Source of the DNA: an uncultured virus (IMG/VR IMGVR_UViG_3300042505_000848)
Taxonomy: Duplodnaviria > Heunggongvirae > Uroviricota > Caudoviricetes
IMG/VR virus record: IMGVR_UViG_3300042505_000848
Strand: one strand, 5' to 3'
DNA length: 64,000 nucleotides
Shown here: piece by piece, positions 28,823 to 38,127 of the stretch
Layout of the letters: every line of letters begins with the position of its first letter
Position numbering within the stretch: the first letter of the stretch is position 1
Position numbers and translations under genes: made by a program
The notes under the pieces: generated by a model
The model's database searches: none
The model's input: the letters and a program-made list of their open reading frames with translations, nothing else
What the model was told of the DNA's origin: nothing

Positions 28823-29404
28823 TTAAGTAAATTTTTCCCAGTCCCCACCAGGCGCCACCACCCAGCCAAGCTGTTGAAGATCATTCCGGATCTCGTCGGT
28901 TATACAGCCTTCCGGCACATATTTCTCTACTACTGCCTTCCGAGCTTCTTGTTCTTCGGTCAGCTGTTCGTTTTCTTTTGCAGGTGCATAGACGCCAATA
29001 TCACGAATACCTGAACAGTACCAATCTATGTAGTCGCCTTTTTGTTGCATGTCAGCAATGATGCCACCAGCACTGCGCCAACTACAACCCCATTCCTCTT
29101 GTTTAAGGATAGGAATAACATCTAATTTAATAAACCCGTTGTTGCACATGGCCGCATATAAGTTTTGGGCGTAGTCATCTCTGGCTCGAACTTTCTCTAA
29201 AATCCAATCGGTGGTTAAGAGATCGTACTCCATATTGTTTACACGGCGTTGGGGATCGTCAAACTTATGATCGTGTTCGTTGATTATCTTTTCAAAAAGA
29301 TCTAGATAATCTTCATTGACGGGTTCGCCTTGTTCAGCCTGACGCTTGACATATCCTTGCTTTTGGAAAGAATGCCGTTCAGGGCTGCTTGAAATTTTTG
29401 ACAT
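28823..29404 (-). CDS. Hypothetical protein
   Basis: 193-aa ORF, YAQNLYAAMCNN...WGCSWRSAGGIIAD...YIDWYCSG; overlaps its neighbour. Confidence 0.75.
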   Translation of the reverse strand: MSKISSSPERHSFQKQGYVKRQAEQGEPVNEDYLDLFEKIINEHDHKFDDPQRRVNNMEYDLLTTDWILEKVRARDDYAQNLYAAMCNNGFIKLDVIPILKQEEWGCSWRSAGGIIADMQQKGDYIDWYCSGIRDIGVYAPAKENEQLTEEQEARKAVVEKYVPEGCITDEIRNDLQQLGWVVAPGGDWEKFT

Positions 29405-29744
29405 CTTGTATTGCTTTCTTTAGTGTTTCTGCGTAGTTAACTGCCTGTTGTTCGGTCATTATGATGCTGGCTTCGTATTTGACATAGCCTTTAGTTAACA
29501 AGATCCAAATGGTCTGCCAGCGATTGAGCTTCCACCATTCTGATTTTTGTGTGGTATAGGTAGTAACCGTAACATAATGATCGTCAGCTTCAACCCAAAC
29601 ATTGTGATCGTGATTGGCATCTTGACATTCGCAAACAACTTGATAGGTAATAGCATCGCCCCAGTCGCTGCGTTTCAATACGCCTTCTGCTGGAGTTTGT
29701 GGTTTAAGTGTCGTTAAAGGTTCGGACATCATTTCTTCTTTCAT
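29379..29744 (-). CDS. Hypothetical protein (CxC...H motif)
   Basis: In-operon ORF; exact start uncertain. Confidence 0.65.
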   Translation of the reverse strand: MKEEMMSEPLTTLKPQTPAEGVLKRSDWGDAITYQVVCECQDANHDHNVWVEADDHYVTVTTYTTQKSEWWKLNRWQTIWILLTKGYVKYEASIIMTEQQAVNYAETLKKAIQDVKNFKQP

Positions 29745-29931
29745 ATATGCTTTTTACCATACGTTGATAGTCTTCTTCCGGCAACACAGTTCTATACATG
29801 CTGAGAGCCTGTGTGACCATGATACCGGCTATCTCTATGTCTTTATATTCTTCCATCATCACGCTAGTAAACTGTAGATACTTGGTATATAGGTCTTCAA
29901 TACTGTGTTGATTTTTATCAGATATACTCAT
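29704..29931 (-). CDS. Hypothetical protein (75 aa)
   Basis: In-operon ORF abutting the upstream stop. Confidence 0.65.
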   Translation of the reverse strand: MSISDKNQHSIEDLYTKYLQFTSVMMEEYKDIEIAGIMVTQALSMYRTVLPEEDYQRMVKSIYERRNDVRTFNDT

Positions 29932-29932
29932 A

Positions 29933-30769
29933 TTATGTCCATAGACTATCTCGGGCTTTGATAAGGCGGATCATCATAGCTTCATCTTCGGCCGCATATT
30001 CTTCTTCAATCTTCTGTAGCAGTTCGTGTGATCGTGTGCTGAGTTCTTCAAGTTCGGGAGTCTTCTTGCTGCCAAAAAGTCTGCCATCGTTGAGGAGTCG
30101 TGCCTTTTCACAGTATTCAGTCCAGCCGCTGACATCATAAGGATCAGGACGATTACGATAAGTCACAGTCCACCATAGGTAAAGTTCTTTGATCTCTTTT
30201 GCACGAAGAGCCTGTCCTGTAGGTTTGCCGTAGTCTAGATGATCTGGTTCACACCAATCAGTGTTAGTAAGAGTCATAGCCCAATCTAAATGATCAATGC
30301 CTGCTTGAGGACAGCGCCAAGTGCGCCAACGGAACCAACCTGTAGCCCAGAAAGGTGCCTTATACTTTGCCTTATCTTCTTCGCTACCCCAAGCAATATG
30401 ACTCCATGCTTGTTCTATTTCAACAAAGTCTACAAGTTCGTTGAAGAGGCAAGGAAGGAACCGGTTGCCCACGTCGCACCAGTTACCGGGCTTAATATCG
30501 CGAGGGTGAGCGGTAAGACTATGAGTGCGACTAACCCAACGGTTATTAATGTAATACTTAACATCGTAAATCTTTCTAACAGGCCAGGTGACAAAATCTT
30601 GGATATAGCTTAGGCCTTCTTCAGCTAGCCAATAACGGACAGGATGATAGCGTTTGGCTTCATCTTCCCATTCGGCCCAGCCGTCCGAGGTTAGCGCACC
30701 CTTTTTAGGTGTGCCTCGAACCCAATCTGCGAACGGGGAGCATGACCAGTAGTTTGTGTGTTGTGCCAT
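29933..30769 (-). CDS. Hypothetical Trp-rich protein
   Basis: 278-aa ORF directly behind a consensus promoter. Confidence 0.75.
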   Translation of the reverse strand: MAQHTNYWSCSPFADWVRGTPKKGALTSDGWAEWEDEAKRYHPVRYWLAEEGLSYIQDFVTWPVRKIYDVKYYINNRWVSRTHSLTAHPRDIKPGNWCDVGNRFLPCLFNELVDFVEIEQAWSHIAWGSEEDKAKYKAPFWATGWFRWRTWRCPQAGIDHLDWAMTLTNTDWCEPDHLDYGKPTGQALRAKEIKELYLWWTVTYRNRPDPYDVSGWTEYCEKARLLNDGRLFGSKKTPELEELSTRSHELLQKIEEEYAAEDEAMMIRLIKARDSLWT

Positions 30770-30778
30770 AATAAAGTA

Positions 30779-30807
30779 ATTATACAGTCTTTCTAGAAAC
30801 TTGTCAA
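30779..30807 (-). promoter_or_regulatory. Consensus sigma70 (early) promoter
   Basis: TTGACA-17 nt-TATAAT, 9 nt before the ATG, no SD. Confidence 0.85.
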
Positions 30808-30824
30808 TAAGAATCTTTTTTGAC

Positions 30825-31208
30825 TCAAATTTTTCTTTGGTATCCGGCTAGATTGAGCATGATACTATACTGCTCGTAGGCTTTTTGGACAGCAGTATTG
30901 GATTGACGATACCAACTTTCCTCACGTTCCTTTTCCATAAGCATGGAAAACATGTCGGCATCGCTGTAGCCGTGGGTATGATTGCCAAAAAATCTTTGTT
31001 CCATTTCTACAAGAGCTCGAAATCTGCTTTCAGGTATTTGAACTGTGAATACTTTTTCTGTTTCAAATTTTACAAAATCTCTGTTTACAATATCTGCTCG
31101 CAGAGGATCTGTAAAATATTTGGGAGGGTGGTATCTGGCCCTACGTTTTTGATCATCTACAATTTGTATTTCGTAGTTTTTACAAAACTGATCAACTTTT
31201 TCTTTCAT
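30825..31208 (-). CDS. Hypothetical protein
   Basis: 127 aa; ATGA overlap with the thyX stop. Confidence 0.7.
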   Translation of the reverse strand: MKEKVDQFCKNYEIQIVDDQKRRARYHPPKYFTDPLRADIVNRDFVKFETEKVFTVQIPESRFRALVEMEQRFFGNHTHGYSDADMFSMLMEKEREESWYRQSNTAVQKAYEQYSIMLNLAGYQRKI

Positions 31209-31870
31209 TGTACTAGGCTTTCTGCTAGAGGAAATATTTCTGCAATTACTTTTGCACAGGCTTTAGCAATTTCTTGATGCTCTTTCTGGGTGCCATTGGC
31301 CGAGCGTAGTTCAATAAAATGCACCCATGACCGCAATGTTCCATTCATATACAAGCGACTTTCTATAAGACCTTCTGGTAATACAGCCCGAGCCTGTTCC
31401 TTGGCTATGCCATTAGCGATAGCCCATTCATACTCTCGTTTGGCAGCATAGATGACTCGCTGTTGAGCACGGTACCATTCATTTTGTAACAATTGATCAT
31501 CGACGTCGACGCTATTCTGTCTGTTCTTAGGGTCTTGAAGTCTAGCTTCCCTTGTAACAAAATTGAGATCTTTCGTTGGGTCAGCATAGCGTTGAGAGAA
31601 CTCTTGGAAACTGAAACTTCTGTGTCGCAAGATTTGCCGGGCAATGTCTCTTGTTGTGGTAATTTCGATACAGGCGGAGACCATTTCGAGCGGTGACCAG
31701 TGTTGGTGTTTAACCAAGTATCGGATAAGTTTATCTGATGTCTCTGTATTAAGCTGGTTGCTGGGATTGCTGACACGGGCGCAATACGCAATGAGTTCCT
31801 GTGCATCTGCAATACCCATAAGTTTAAATTCGCCTGTGGGTTGGCTGTAGGATAAAAGTTTAACATTCAT
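31205..31870 (-). CDS. thyX: Flavin-dependent thymidylate synthase
   Basis: ARVS, HWSPLE, RQILRHRSFSFQEFSQRY signature, KEQARAVLP, Q.EH. Confidence 0.95.
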   Translation of the reverse strand: MNVKLLSYSQPTGEFKLMGIADAQELIAYCARVSNPSNQLNTETSDKLIRYLVKHQHWSPLEMVSACIEITTTRDIARQILRHRSFSFQEFSQRYADPTKDLNFVTREARLQDPKNRQNSVDVDDQLLQNEWYRAQQRVIYAAKREYEWAIANGIAKEQARAVLPEGLIESRLYMNGTLRSWVHFIELRSANGTQKEHQEIAKACAKVIAEIFPLAESLVQ

Positions 31871-32424
31871 TTATAATTCCTTAGTAATTCTATAATTTCT
31901 TCTTCTGAATAAAGTTTAATCGTTTTGATAAAAGAATCAAACTCTTCAAAATCTATATTAGCATATTTTTCCGGAGGAGCAATCTGTGCTGCAGGCATTT
32001 TAACTAGAGTCAAACCAAATTCGCAGTTCATAGGATAAACTAAAAAATCTGTTTCTTTAATAAAATACATTAACAGTTTGTACGAATCCGAACAATATTT
32101 TGACTGTGACCAAAATTTTGTTGGAGGAATCATGTCATGTATTAATATCCAGTGGTTGCAATGATTTACAGAATTATTAAAGTCTTTTAATACAAAATCA
32201 TAATCGTGATTTGCATCTATAAAAATTATATCAAACGACACTTCTTTGTCTAGAATTAAAAAAAAATCATCAGTCGTTGATTTTATAAGAGCGTTGTTGT
32301 TAGTGTCTACTGATAACTTTACATTGCATTTTATTTGATCAAAGTTTTTATTTTGATCAATGCCTAACTCTAGATACACAAGATCTTTAATATTTGAAAT
32401 ATTGTTTATTATAGAACAAGACAT
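31867..32424 (-). CDS. Class I SAM-dependent methyltransferase-like protein
   Basis: YLELG, SVD, TTDDFF, FDIIFIDANH, ILIHD; markedly AT-rich relative to its neighbours; start set at ATG 32424. Confidence 0.7.
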   Translation of the reverse strand: MSCSIINNISNIKDLVYLELGIDQNKNFDQIKCNVKLSVDTNNNALIKSTTDDFFLILDKEVSFDIIFIDANHDYDFVLKDFNNSVNHCNHWILIHDMIPPTKFWSQSKYCSDSYKLLMYFIKETDFLVYPMNCEFGLTLVKMPAAQIAPPEKYANIDFEEFDSFIKTIKLYSEEEIIELLRNYK

Positions 32425-32428
32425 TTTG

Positions 32429-32920
32429 TTATTTCTGTTCTTGTTCTTTTTCAGGAAAACACAATGATTCCATGGTTTTGTAATGTTCGTAGGCTTTTTT
32501 AAGAGCTTCGAATCTTTCAAGTTTTGCCGGATCAGGCACTAGTATGGACAGTCTTTGTTCCATTTTCTTCATGAACTCTTTGAGGCTCTTACCATCTATT
32601 TTAATATCAGTGCCCGCAGCCATGTCAATACCATCGCCGGTAATACTCACAGTCTGTGGAACAGCAGCGTTGGTAAATGTATATCCACTAGTTCCTGTAG
32701 CCCACTGACTGTTATTGCTAATGTTATTAATAGTTGTAATACCGCCTACTGTTGCTCCGTAATTGTAAGAATACGCAGATGATGGCAGAGTAATTGTTGA
32801 AACTCCGGAGCCAAGTGTAATTGTATCTAATGTATCAGTCATGGTGCTTGCTTGAGCAGCACCATAACTGCTTAGATCAATTTCAATATCATCAAGTGTG
32901 ATACTGTCCTTGTCGTTCAT
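32429..32920 (-). CDS. Hypothetical protein
   Basis: 163 aa; Thr/Ser-rich N-half, helical C-terminus (MEQRLSILVPDP...LKKAYEHYK). Confidence 0.7.
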   Translation of the reverse strand: MNDKDSITLDDIEIDLSSYGAAQASTMTDTLDTITLGSGVSTITLPSSAYSYNYGATVGGITTINNISNNSQWATGTSGYTFTNAAVPQTVSITGDGIDMAAGTDIKIDGKSLKEFMKKMEQRLSILVPDPAKLERFEALKKAYEHYKTMESLCFPEKEQEQK

Positions 32921-32922
32921 GA

Positions 32923-33114
32923 TTAGGCCTTGGCTTCTTTGCGGGCGTTTTTTTCTTCTGTGATTTCATTGCGACGAGCTTTAACTGCTTTGCCTACTTC
33001 TTGTAATGCTTTGCGAGCACGGGTGCCTGCGGCATTGTTACCTGCTGCAAATTTTGCGTCTTCTGCCAAGAATGCTTCCATTGCTGCTTTTAATTGTTCT
33101 ACTGTGTTTGACAT
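32923..33114 (-). CDS. Histone H1-like (Hc1-family) small protein
   Basis: KFAAGNNAAGTRARKALQE motif; AAGGA SD; TATAAGTA at 33141-33148. Confidence 0.75.
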   Translation of the reverse strand: MSNTVEQLKAAMEAFLAEDAKFAAGNNAAGTRARKALQEVGKAVKARRNEITEEKNARKEAKA

Positions 33115-33156
33115 AATGTTTTCCTTAAGTTATGTTCTACTACTTATAATAGTAAT

Positions 33157-33265
33157 TGGTGTGGTCGGTAGGATTCGAACCTACAAAGCGATGTCTAAGA
33201 CGTTGCCCTTGCCCAAATGCGTTTCACAACGGACCGGAGGTATACCAAGTTCCACTCACGACCAC
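33157..33265 (-). ncRNA. tRNA-like RNA (109 nt) with canonical acceptor and T arms, encoded CCA, and an enlarged non-canonical anticodon/variable region
   Basis: GTGGTCG/CGACCAC 7-bp acceptor stem + A + CCA; T arm GTAGG-TTCGAAT-CCTAC; Leu-like D region GTGGAACTTGGTATAC; about 54 nt between D and T arms; anticodon not assignable. Confidence 0.8.
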
Positions 33266-33271
33266 ACATAC

Positions 33272-33300
33272 AGTATATAACCGCAAACGCAAAAGGTCAA
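33272..33300 (-). promoter_or_regulatory. Sigma70 promoter of the tRNA-like RNA
   Basis: TTGACC-17 nt-TATACT, ending 6 nt before the first acceptor-stem base. Confidence 0.75.
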
Positions 33301-33328
33301 GACTTTTGTAGTTAAATACTGTCAGATT

Positions 33329-34309
33329 ATGACACAAGACTTCACAAAGATACCATTCCATAACATAACAAGATTTGGTCAACGCACCATGTTGCATCGC
33401 CCGTTATTTTCTACCAGTTGGATTTTGGGCCGTTTCTGTAATTATAACTGTTCTTACTGTTGGCCCTATGCTAGATCGGACAAGGTAGATCACCAGCCTT
33501 TAGAAGTATATACTAATACTGTAGATGAAATCAAACGACAGGCTCGACTAAATGGCTTCAATGAATTCCATTGGAGTTTCAGTGGCGGTGAACCTACTGC
33601 TTACCGACAGCTACATGATTTGATTAAACACCTTGACGAAACAGAAAGCACATACCAAAGTATACACATGACAACCAATTTAAGTCCTGGAAGTAAATGG
33701 TGGAATACCTGGTGTGCCAACACAGCATTACTACAACGCAGAAGTATCACAGCATCATTTCATGATGAGTTTGCTCGAGAGCAGGAATTCGGTGACAAGT
33801 GTCTACAGTTATTGCATGAGCGTGTGCATGTCACAGTCAATCAAGTAATGGTCCCGGAAAAGTTTTATGAGCTTTATGAACGCATGTCTCGGCTACATGC
33901 TCGTGGAATCAATGTTACGCTCAAACCGCAAAGTGATCCTACAGCGAGTCGTGTAGTCGATGGCTACACAACAGAAATGATTGATCTATTACAGACTGGA
34001 TTTCCTCAAACATCACAAGGCGAAGACGTTTATCAAATAGCATTGTATGATACAGACAACAAAGAATATTTGTTCGATCAAGCAGAAAGATTTAATGCTT
34101 TTGGTTTTAACAAATTCCAAGGTTGGAGTTGCAATAGTGGGTATCAAAGTGTTATAATAAGAGGTAATGAAGTGAAACGATCATATAGCTGTCACGACCG
34201 ACTATTAGGAACACTAGAGAGCTTTGAGCTTTTTAAAAAACCAACAGTTTGTATAACACCTAGTTGTGTCAGCAGTGCTGATTCAAAGATACCAAAATGT
34301 ATAAACTAG
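33329..34309 (+). CDS. Radical SAM protein with a C-terminal Cys cluster (SPASM/twitch-like)
   Basis: CNYNCSYC, FSGGEPT, MTTN; C-terminal WSCNSG...SC...CITPSCVS. Confidence 0.92.
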   Translation: MTQDFTKIPFHNITRFGQRTMLHRPLFSTSWILGRFCNYNCSYCWPYARSDKVDHQPLEVYTNTVDEIKRQARLNGFNEFHWSFSGGEPTAYRQLHDLIKHLDETESTYQSIHMTTNLSPGSKWWNTWCANTALLQRRSITASFHDEFAREQEFGDKCLQLLHERVHVTVNQVMVPEKFYELYERMSRLHARGINVTLKPQSDPTASRVVDGYTTEMIDLLQTGFPQTSQGEDVYQIALYDTDNKEYLFDQAERFNAFGFNKFQGWSCNSGYQSVIIRGNEVKRSYSCHDRLLGTLESFELFKKPTVCITPSCVSSADSKIPKCIN

Positions 34310-35274
34310 AAAACATAAAAGACATACATCTAGAATTAACAAGTAAGTGTCAAGCACGATGCCCAATGTGTCCTCGCCGAGTTAACGGAGGGATACTAAA
34401 TCCTATTATGTCGTTAAATGAGATAACACTAGAACAATTTAAAGAATGGTTCTCAGATGAATTTATAAATCAACTGGATAGTCTGTTTATGTGCGGCAAT
34501 TTAGGTGATCCTATTATTGCTGAAGATTGTTTAGAGATATTTCAATACTTAAAAGAAACTAATCCTAACATACGATTGAGCATGCATACAAATGGTAGTG
34601 CTAGAAATATACACTGGTGGAAAAAATTAGCAAAGTATAAAGTTAAAGTTACATTTGGAATAGACGGTTTAGAAGATACACACAAGTTATATCGAATAAG
34701 CACTAATTGGAACACCATTATAAAAAATGCCGAGTCATTTATAAAAGCTGGTGGCGAAGCAGAATGGCACATGTTAGTGTTTAAGCATAACGAACATCAA
34801 ATTGAAGAATGCCGTGCGCTAAGTCACAAACTTGAATTTAAAAAATTCACAACCAAGCATACTAGTCGTTTTAAAGATAACAAATTTCATGTATTGGACG
34901 AAACCGGCAAGACTGTTAATATTCTTTATCCTACTAAACTTAGCACTTCACATACAGTAAATGTGTTGTCAGTATTACCAGCAGAGATACAATGCAAGGC
35001 AAAGAAATATAGTCAACTATACATAAGTGCAGACGGAGGAGTTAGTCCGTGTTGCTGGTTGGATTTTTCCTGGCAGTTGCCTAACCAGGACAATAGAATA
35101 AATTATATGGATAAAATTGGAGTTTATCCTAACCTAAATAAACAGTCGTTAATAGATATATTTAATTCTGGTTTCTTTAGTAAGATTGAAAGTACCTGGT
35201 CAGCCGTTCCTTTAATGGAATGCGGCAAACAATGTGGACATTTTGATAAGCTAGGAGAGCAATTTGTTAGTTGA
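34297..35274 (+). CDS. Radical SAM/SPASM protein
   Basis: CQARCPMC, GNLGDP, HTNG, IDG; C-terminal C...GGVSPCC...ECGKQC. Confidence 0.92.
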   Translation: MYKLENIKDIHLELTSKCQARCPMCPRRVNGGILNPIMSLNEITLEQFKEWFSDEFINQLDSLFMCGNLGDPIIAEDCLEIFQYLKETNPNIRLSMHTNGSARNIHWWKKLAKYKVKVTFGIDGLEDTHKLYRISTNWNTIIKNAESFIKAGGEAEWHMLVFKHNEHQIEECRALSHKLEFKKFTTKHTSRFKDNKFHVLDETGKTVNILYPTKLSTSHTVNVLSVLPAEIQCKAKKYSQLYISADGGVSPCCWLDFSWQLPNQDNRINYMDKIGVYPNLNKQSLIDIFNSGFFSKIESTWSAVPLMECGKQCGHFDKLGEQFVS

Positions 35275-35857
35275 TACAGAACACTTACATCACTGGATGC
35301 AAGCCATAAGACAAAGCCCAGATCCTATGAGGACCATGGATGCATTCTGGTCTGGACAACTTAAAAGCAAAGAATGGTTGATCTCAAATTTAAGAAAACA
35401 CATTAATAAATTTGTAGGTATTGATATACATGGTGGCTGGGTTGGTGTACTAGCCAGTATGTTGTTCCAAAGTGATATCCCTATTATTAATATTCGTAGT
35501 GTTGATATTGACCCTACCTGCGAATCTATTGCAGTTAACATGAACAAGATTGAAGAAATGGTTGGCAAGTTTCGTGCTGTCACAGCAGACATGTGTGCTC
35601 TTCGCAGTGATGCAGATGTCATTATCAACACCAGTTGTGAACACATAACACAAGACCAATATGACATATGGTTAAGCGGAATGCCACATAGCAGCCTACT
35701 AGCATTGCAAAGCAATAATTATAATATAGATGAACATGTTAGGATTGCTAACAGTTTAGAAGAGTTTAAAAAACAATGCCATCTGGACAATATTTTGTAT
35801 GCCGGGGAACTTGATTTGCCGTTGTACAAACGATTTATGATTATAGGAAAACAATGA
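35264..35857 (+). CDS. SAM-dependent methyltransferase-like protein
   Basis: IDIHGGWVG motif I, SVDIDP, ADM, INTSCEH; TTG start behind GGAGAG. Confidence 0.7.
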   Translation: MLVDTEHLHHWMQAIRQSPDPMRTMDAFWSGQLKSKEWLISNLRKHINKFVGIDIHGGWVGVLASMLFQSDIPIINIRSVDIDPTCESIAVNMNKIEEMVGKFRAVTADMCALRSDADVIINTSCEHITQDQYDIWLSGMPHSSLLALQSNNYNIDEHVRIANSLEEFKKQCHLDNILYAGELDLPLYKRFMIIGKQ

Positions 35858-36588
35858 TAGAATTAGGGTTAGTTAAATGGTATAATGACGCAAAGAGATA
35901 CGGGTTTATTAAAGCAGACTCGGATGGAGAATCTATTTTGGCACAGAGTCATTCTATTGTGGAAGAACCAAAGACTTTGAGAGAATTTCAACGTGTAACT
36001 TTTGAAAGATATGTAACTGATAATGGCCTAGAAGCACGTACTATAAATATCGCCATGAACCCAGATTTATCGATTTACGAACACGAAGTTATATCATTGA
36101 AAAAACAACGACTTCATCTTTCTTCATTTGTAGGACATGTCTTATTAGTGGTTAATACTGCCAGCCGATGCGGACTTACACCTCAGTACGAAGGATTAGA
36201 AAAATTATTTCAAAAATATAAAGATAAAAAATTTACAATCCTGGCATTTCCGACAAACAATTTCGCAGGACAGGAGCCTAATACAAATGCCGAAATTTTA
36301 GATTTTTGTGAGACAAATTATAATGTAAGTTTTTATGTTATGGAAAAATCAAATATTGTAGAACAGGATAGTTCAAGCCCTGCACAATTCGCCGAAACTG
36401 CACCTAGAGAAATAAATTCTTTTTATAAAGACCTTGCCACCAGAACAAATGTTTTACCGCAGTGGAATTTCCACAAGTATCTAATTAATCGTACGGGTTC
36501 TATTATTAAAAGTTTTGATCATTTGACTCAACCAGACAATGATGTATTAATTAACGCAATCGAAGAATTTTTGGATAGTAACGTATGA
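35854..36588 (+). CDS. Cold-shock domain / glutathione peroxidase fusion
   Basis: N-terminal GLVKWYNDAKRYGFI...KTLREFQRVTFE (CSD); C-terminal VVNTASRCGLTPQY, LAFPTNNF..QEP, WNFHKYLI (GPx). Confidence 0.85.
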   Translation: MIELGLVKWYNDAKRYGFIKADSDGESILAQSHSIVEEPKTLREFQRVTFERYVTDNGLEARTINIAMNPDLSIYEHEVISLKKQRLHLSSFVGHVLLVVNTASRCGLTPQYEGLEKLFQKYKDKKFTILAFPTNNFAGQEPNTNAEILDFCETNYNVSFYVMEKSNIVEQDSSSPAQFAETAPREINSFYKDLATRTNVLPQWNFHKYLINRTGSIIKSFDHLTQPDNDVLINAIEEFLDSNV

Positions 36589-37511
36589 AAATATTAATGA
36601 CTGGATCATCGGGATTTATCGGATCTCACTTAGCACCACTTTTAGAAAAAGACCACACAGTTCATCATCTCAAAAGCGATCTAACAGATCACAAGAGTGT
36701 TCAGCTAGAAGTAGCTTCTGTACAACCAGATATCATTGTGCACCTAGCTGCACGTACAGAAGTAGAACAAAGCTTCTATGAACAAATTACCTTTAGTGAA
36801 ATAAACTATATAGGAACAGTTAATTTAATTGAAGCAGCCGCCTCTGTTAAAAATTTAAAGAACTTTGTGTTTGCTAGTACTATGGAAGTTTATGGTTGGC
36901 AACCTATTAGTGATACTGTAAAAAATGGCGCCATACCTAAAGTATTTGAAACATTTGATGAGAACACTCAGCCTAACCCCAATGCTCCTTATTCTGTAGC
37001 CAAATATGGATGTGAGAAATATTTAGAATACGCTTACAGATGTTATGGATTGCCATTTACTGCTATACGTCAAACAAACAGCTATGGTCGTAAAGATAAC
37101 AAGTTTTTTGTTACAGAACAAATTATTAGTCAGATGCTAGAAAATTCCAAAGAAGTAAATCTTGGATATGCTGAACCATATAGAAATTTTATTTTTATTG
37201 ACGACCTATTAGATGCTTGGATTACAGTTATTACAAATCCTGATAAAGTAAACAGTGGACTAATACTTACTATTGGTCCTGATGCTCCTATAAAGATTAG
37301 GGATTATGCACAAAAAATTGCCAAAAAATTAAACTGGCAAGGAACGATTAATTGGGATACTAAATTGTTCAGGCCTGGGGAGATTTACTGGCTTAATAGC
37401 AATCACAATCTAATAACTAAATTAACTGGATGGTATCCTAAAGTCAGTTTAGACGAGGGGCTAGATCAAACTATTAAAATCTGGAAAGAAAAATATGATA
37501 GTAGAACATAA
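36585..37511 (+). CDS. NAD-dependent nucleotide-sugar epimerase/dehydratase
   Basis: TGSSGFIG, HLAA, STMEVYG, PYSVAK (YxxxK), RNFIFIDD. Confidence 0.9.
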   Translation: MKILMTGSSGFIGSHLAPLLEKDHTVHHLKSDLTDHKSVQLEVASVQPDIIVHLAARTEVEQSFYEQITFSEINYIGTVNLIEAAASVKNLKNFVFASTMEVYGWQPISDTVKNGAIPKVFETFDENTQPNPNAPYSVAKYGCEKYLEYAYRCYGLPFTAIRQTNSYGRKDNKFFVTEQIISQMLENSKEVNLGYAEPYRNFIFIDDLLDAWITVITNPDKVNSGLILTIGPDAPIKIRDYAQKIAKKLNWQGTINWDTKLFRPGEIYWLNSNHNLITKLTGWYPKVSLDEGLDQTIKIWKEKYDSRT

Positions 37512-38127
37512 GTTAAACGATGTACCGAGAATATCTGTTTTTGATAATGTACTATCTGCTGAATTTTGTAGAGGTATGATAGAAAAACATTCCAATGCTG
37601 GAATGAATTCTAATTCTGGTTATCAAAGTCGTGTTGAGTCGTATGCCCAAGTTACAGAAGAAGTTGAAAATAGAGGAATTAGTCTAGGTGTTGATCCCTA
37701 TGATTATGATATAATAGCAACAGCTATTGTTAATGTTGCTAAAATTCCATATTCTCACATAGAGGCTATTGATATTTACAACTATCACGAAGGACAGTAT
37801 CTAGCTTATCATCACGATTACTGTTATGACCCTAGACAAATCAACTATTATAAAAACGGTGGCGACAGAGTTGGAACCGGTATTTTTTATTTTAATGATG
37901 ATTTTGTAGGCGGAGAAACTTATTTTCCTAAATTTGATGTATCTATTACTCCTAAGACTGGTTCCTTTTTGTATTTTGAACAATGCTATGACGAAGCAAC
38001 TAATTGGGACACAATACACGAAAGCAAACTAATTACCAAAGGAACTAAGTGGATCGCTAGTTGCTTTTTTAGTGATAGGCCTAGAGTAGGATGGTCTAGT
38101 AGAGATCATTTGTATGCTAACGGATAA
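37495..38127 (+). CDS. Fe(II)/2OG oxygenase, prolyl-4-hydroxylase-like
   Basis: Y..GQY...HHD, GGDRVGT...YFND...GGETYFP, HES...GTKW. Confidence 0.88.
   Translation: MIVEHKLNDVPRISVFDNVLSAEFCRGMIEKHSNAGMNSNSGYQSRVESYAQVTEEVENRGISLGVDPYDYDIIATAIVNVAKIPYSHIEAIDIYNYHEGQYLAYHHDYCYDPRQINYYKNGGDRVGTGIFYFNDDFVGGETYFPKFDVSITPKTGSFLYFEQCYDEATNWDTIHESKLITKGTKWIASCFFSDRPRVGWSSRDHLYANG

Noticed and set aside
33157..33265. Calling the tRNA-like gene tRNA-His(GTG), tRNA-Leu(TAG), an ochre suppressor (TTA) or tRNA-Sec
   Set aside because: TTGTGAA, CTTAGAC and TCTTAGA each lack a proper 5-bp anticodon stem in the right position. There is no TCA anticodon, and the GPx has a normal Cys codon.
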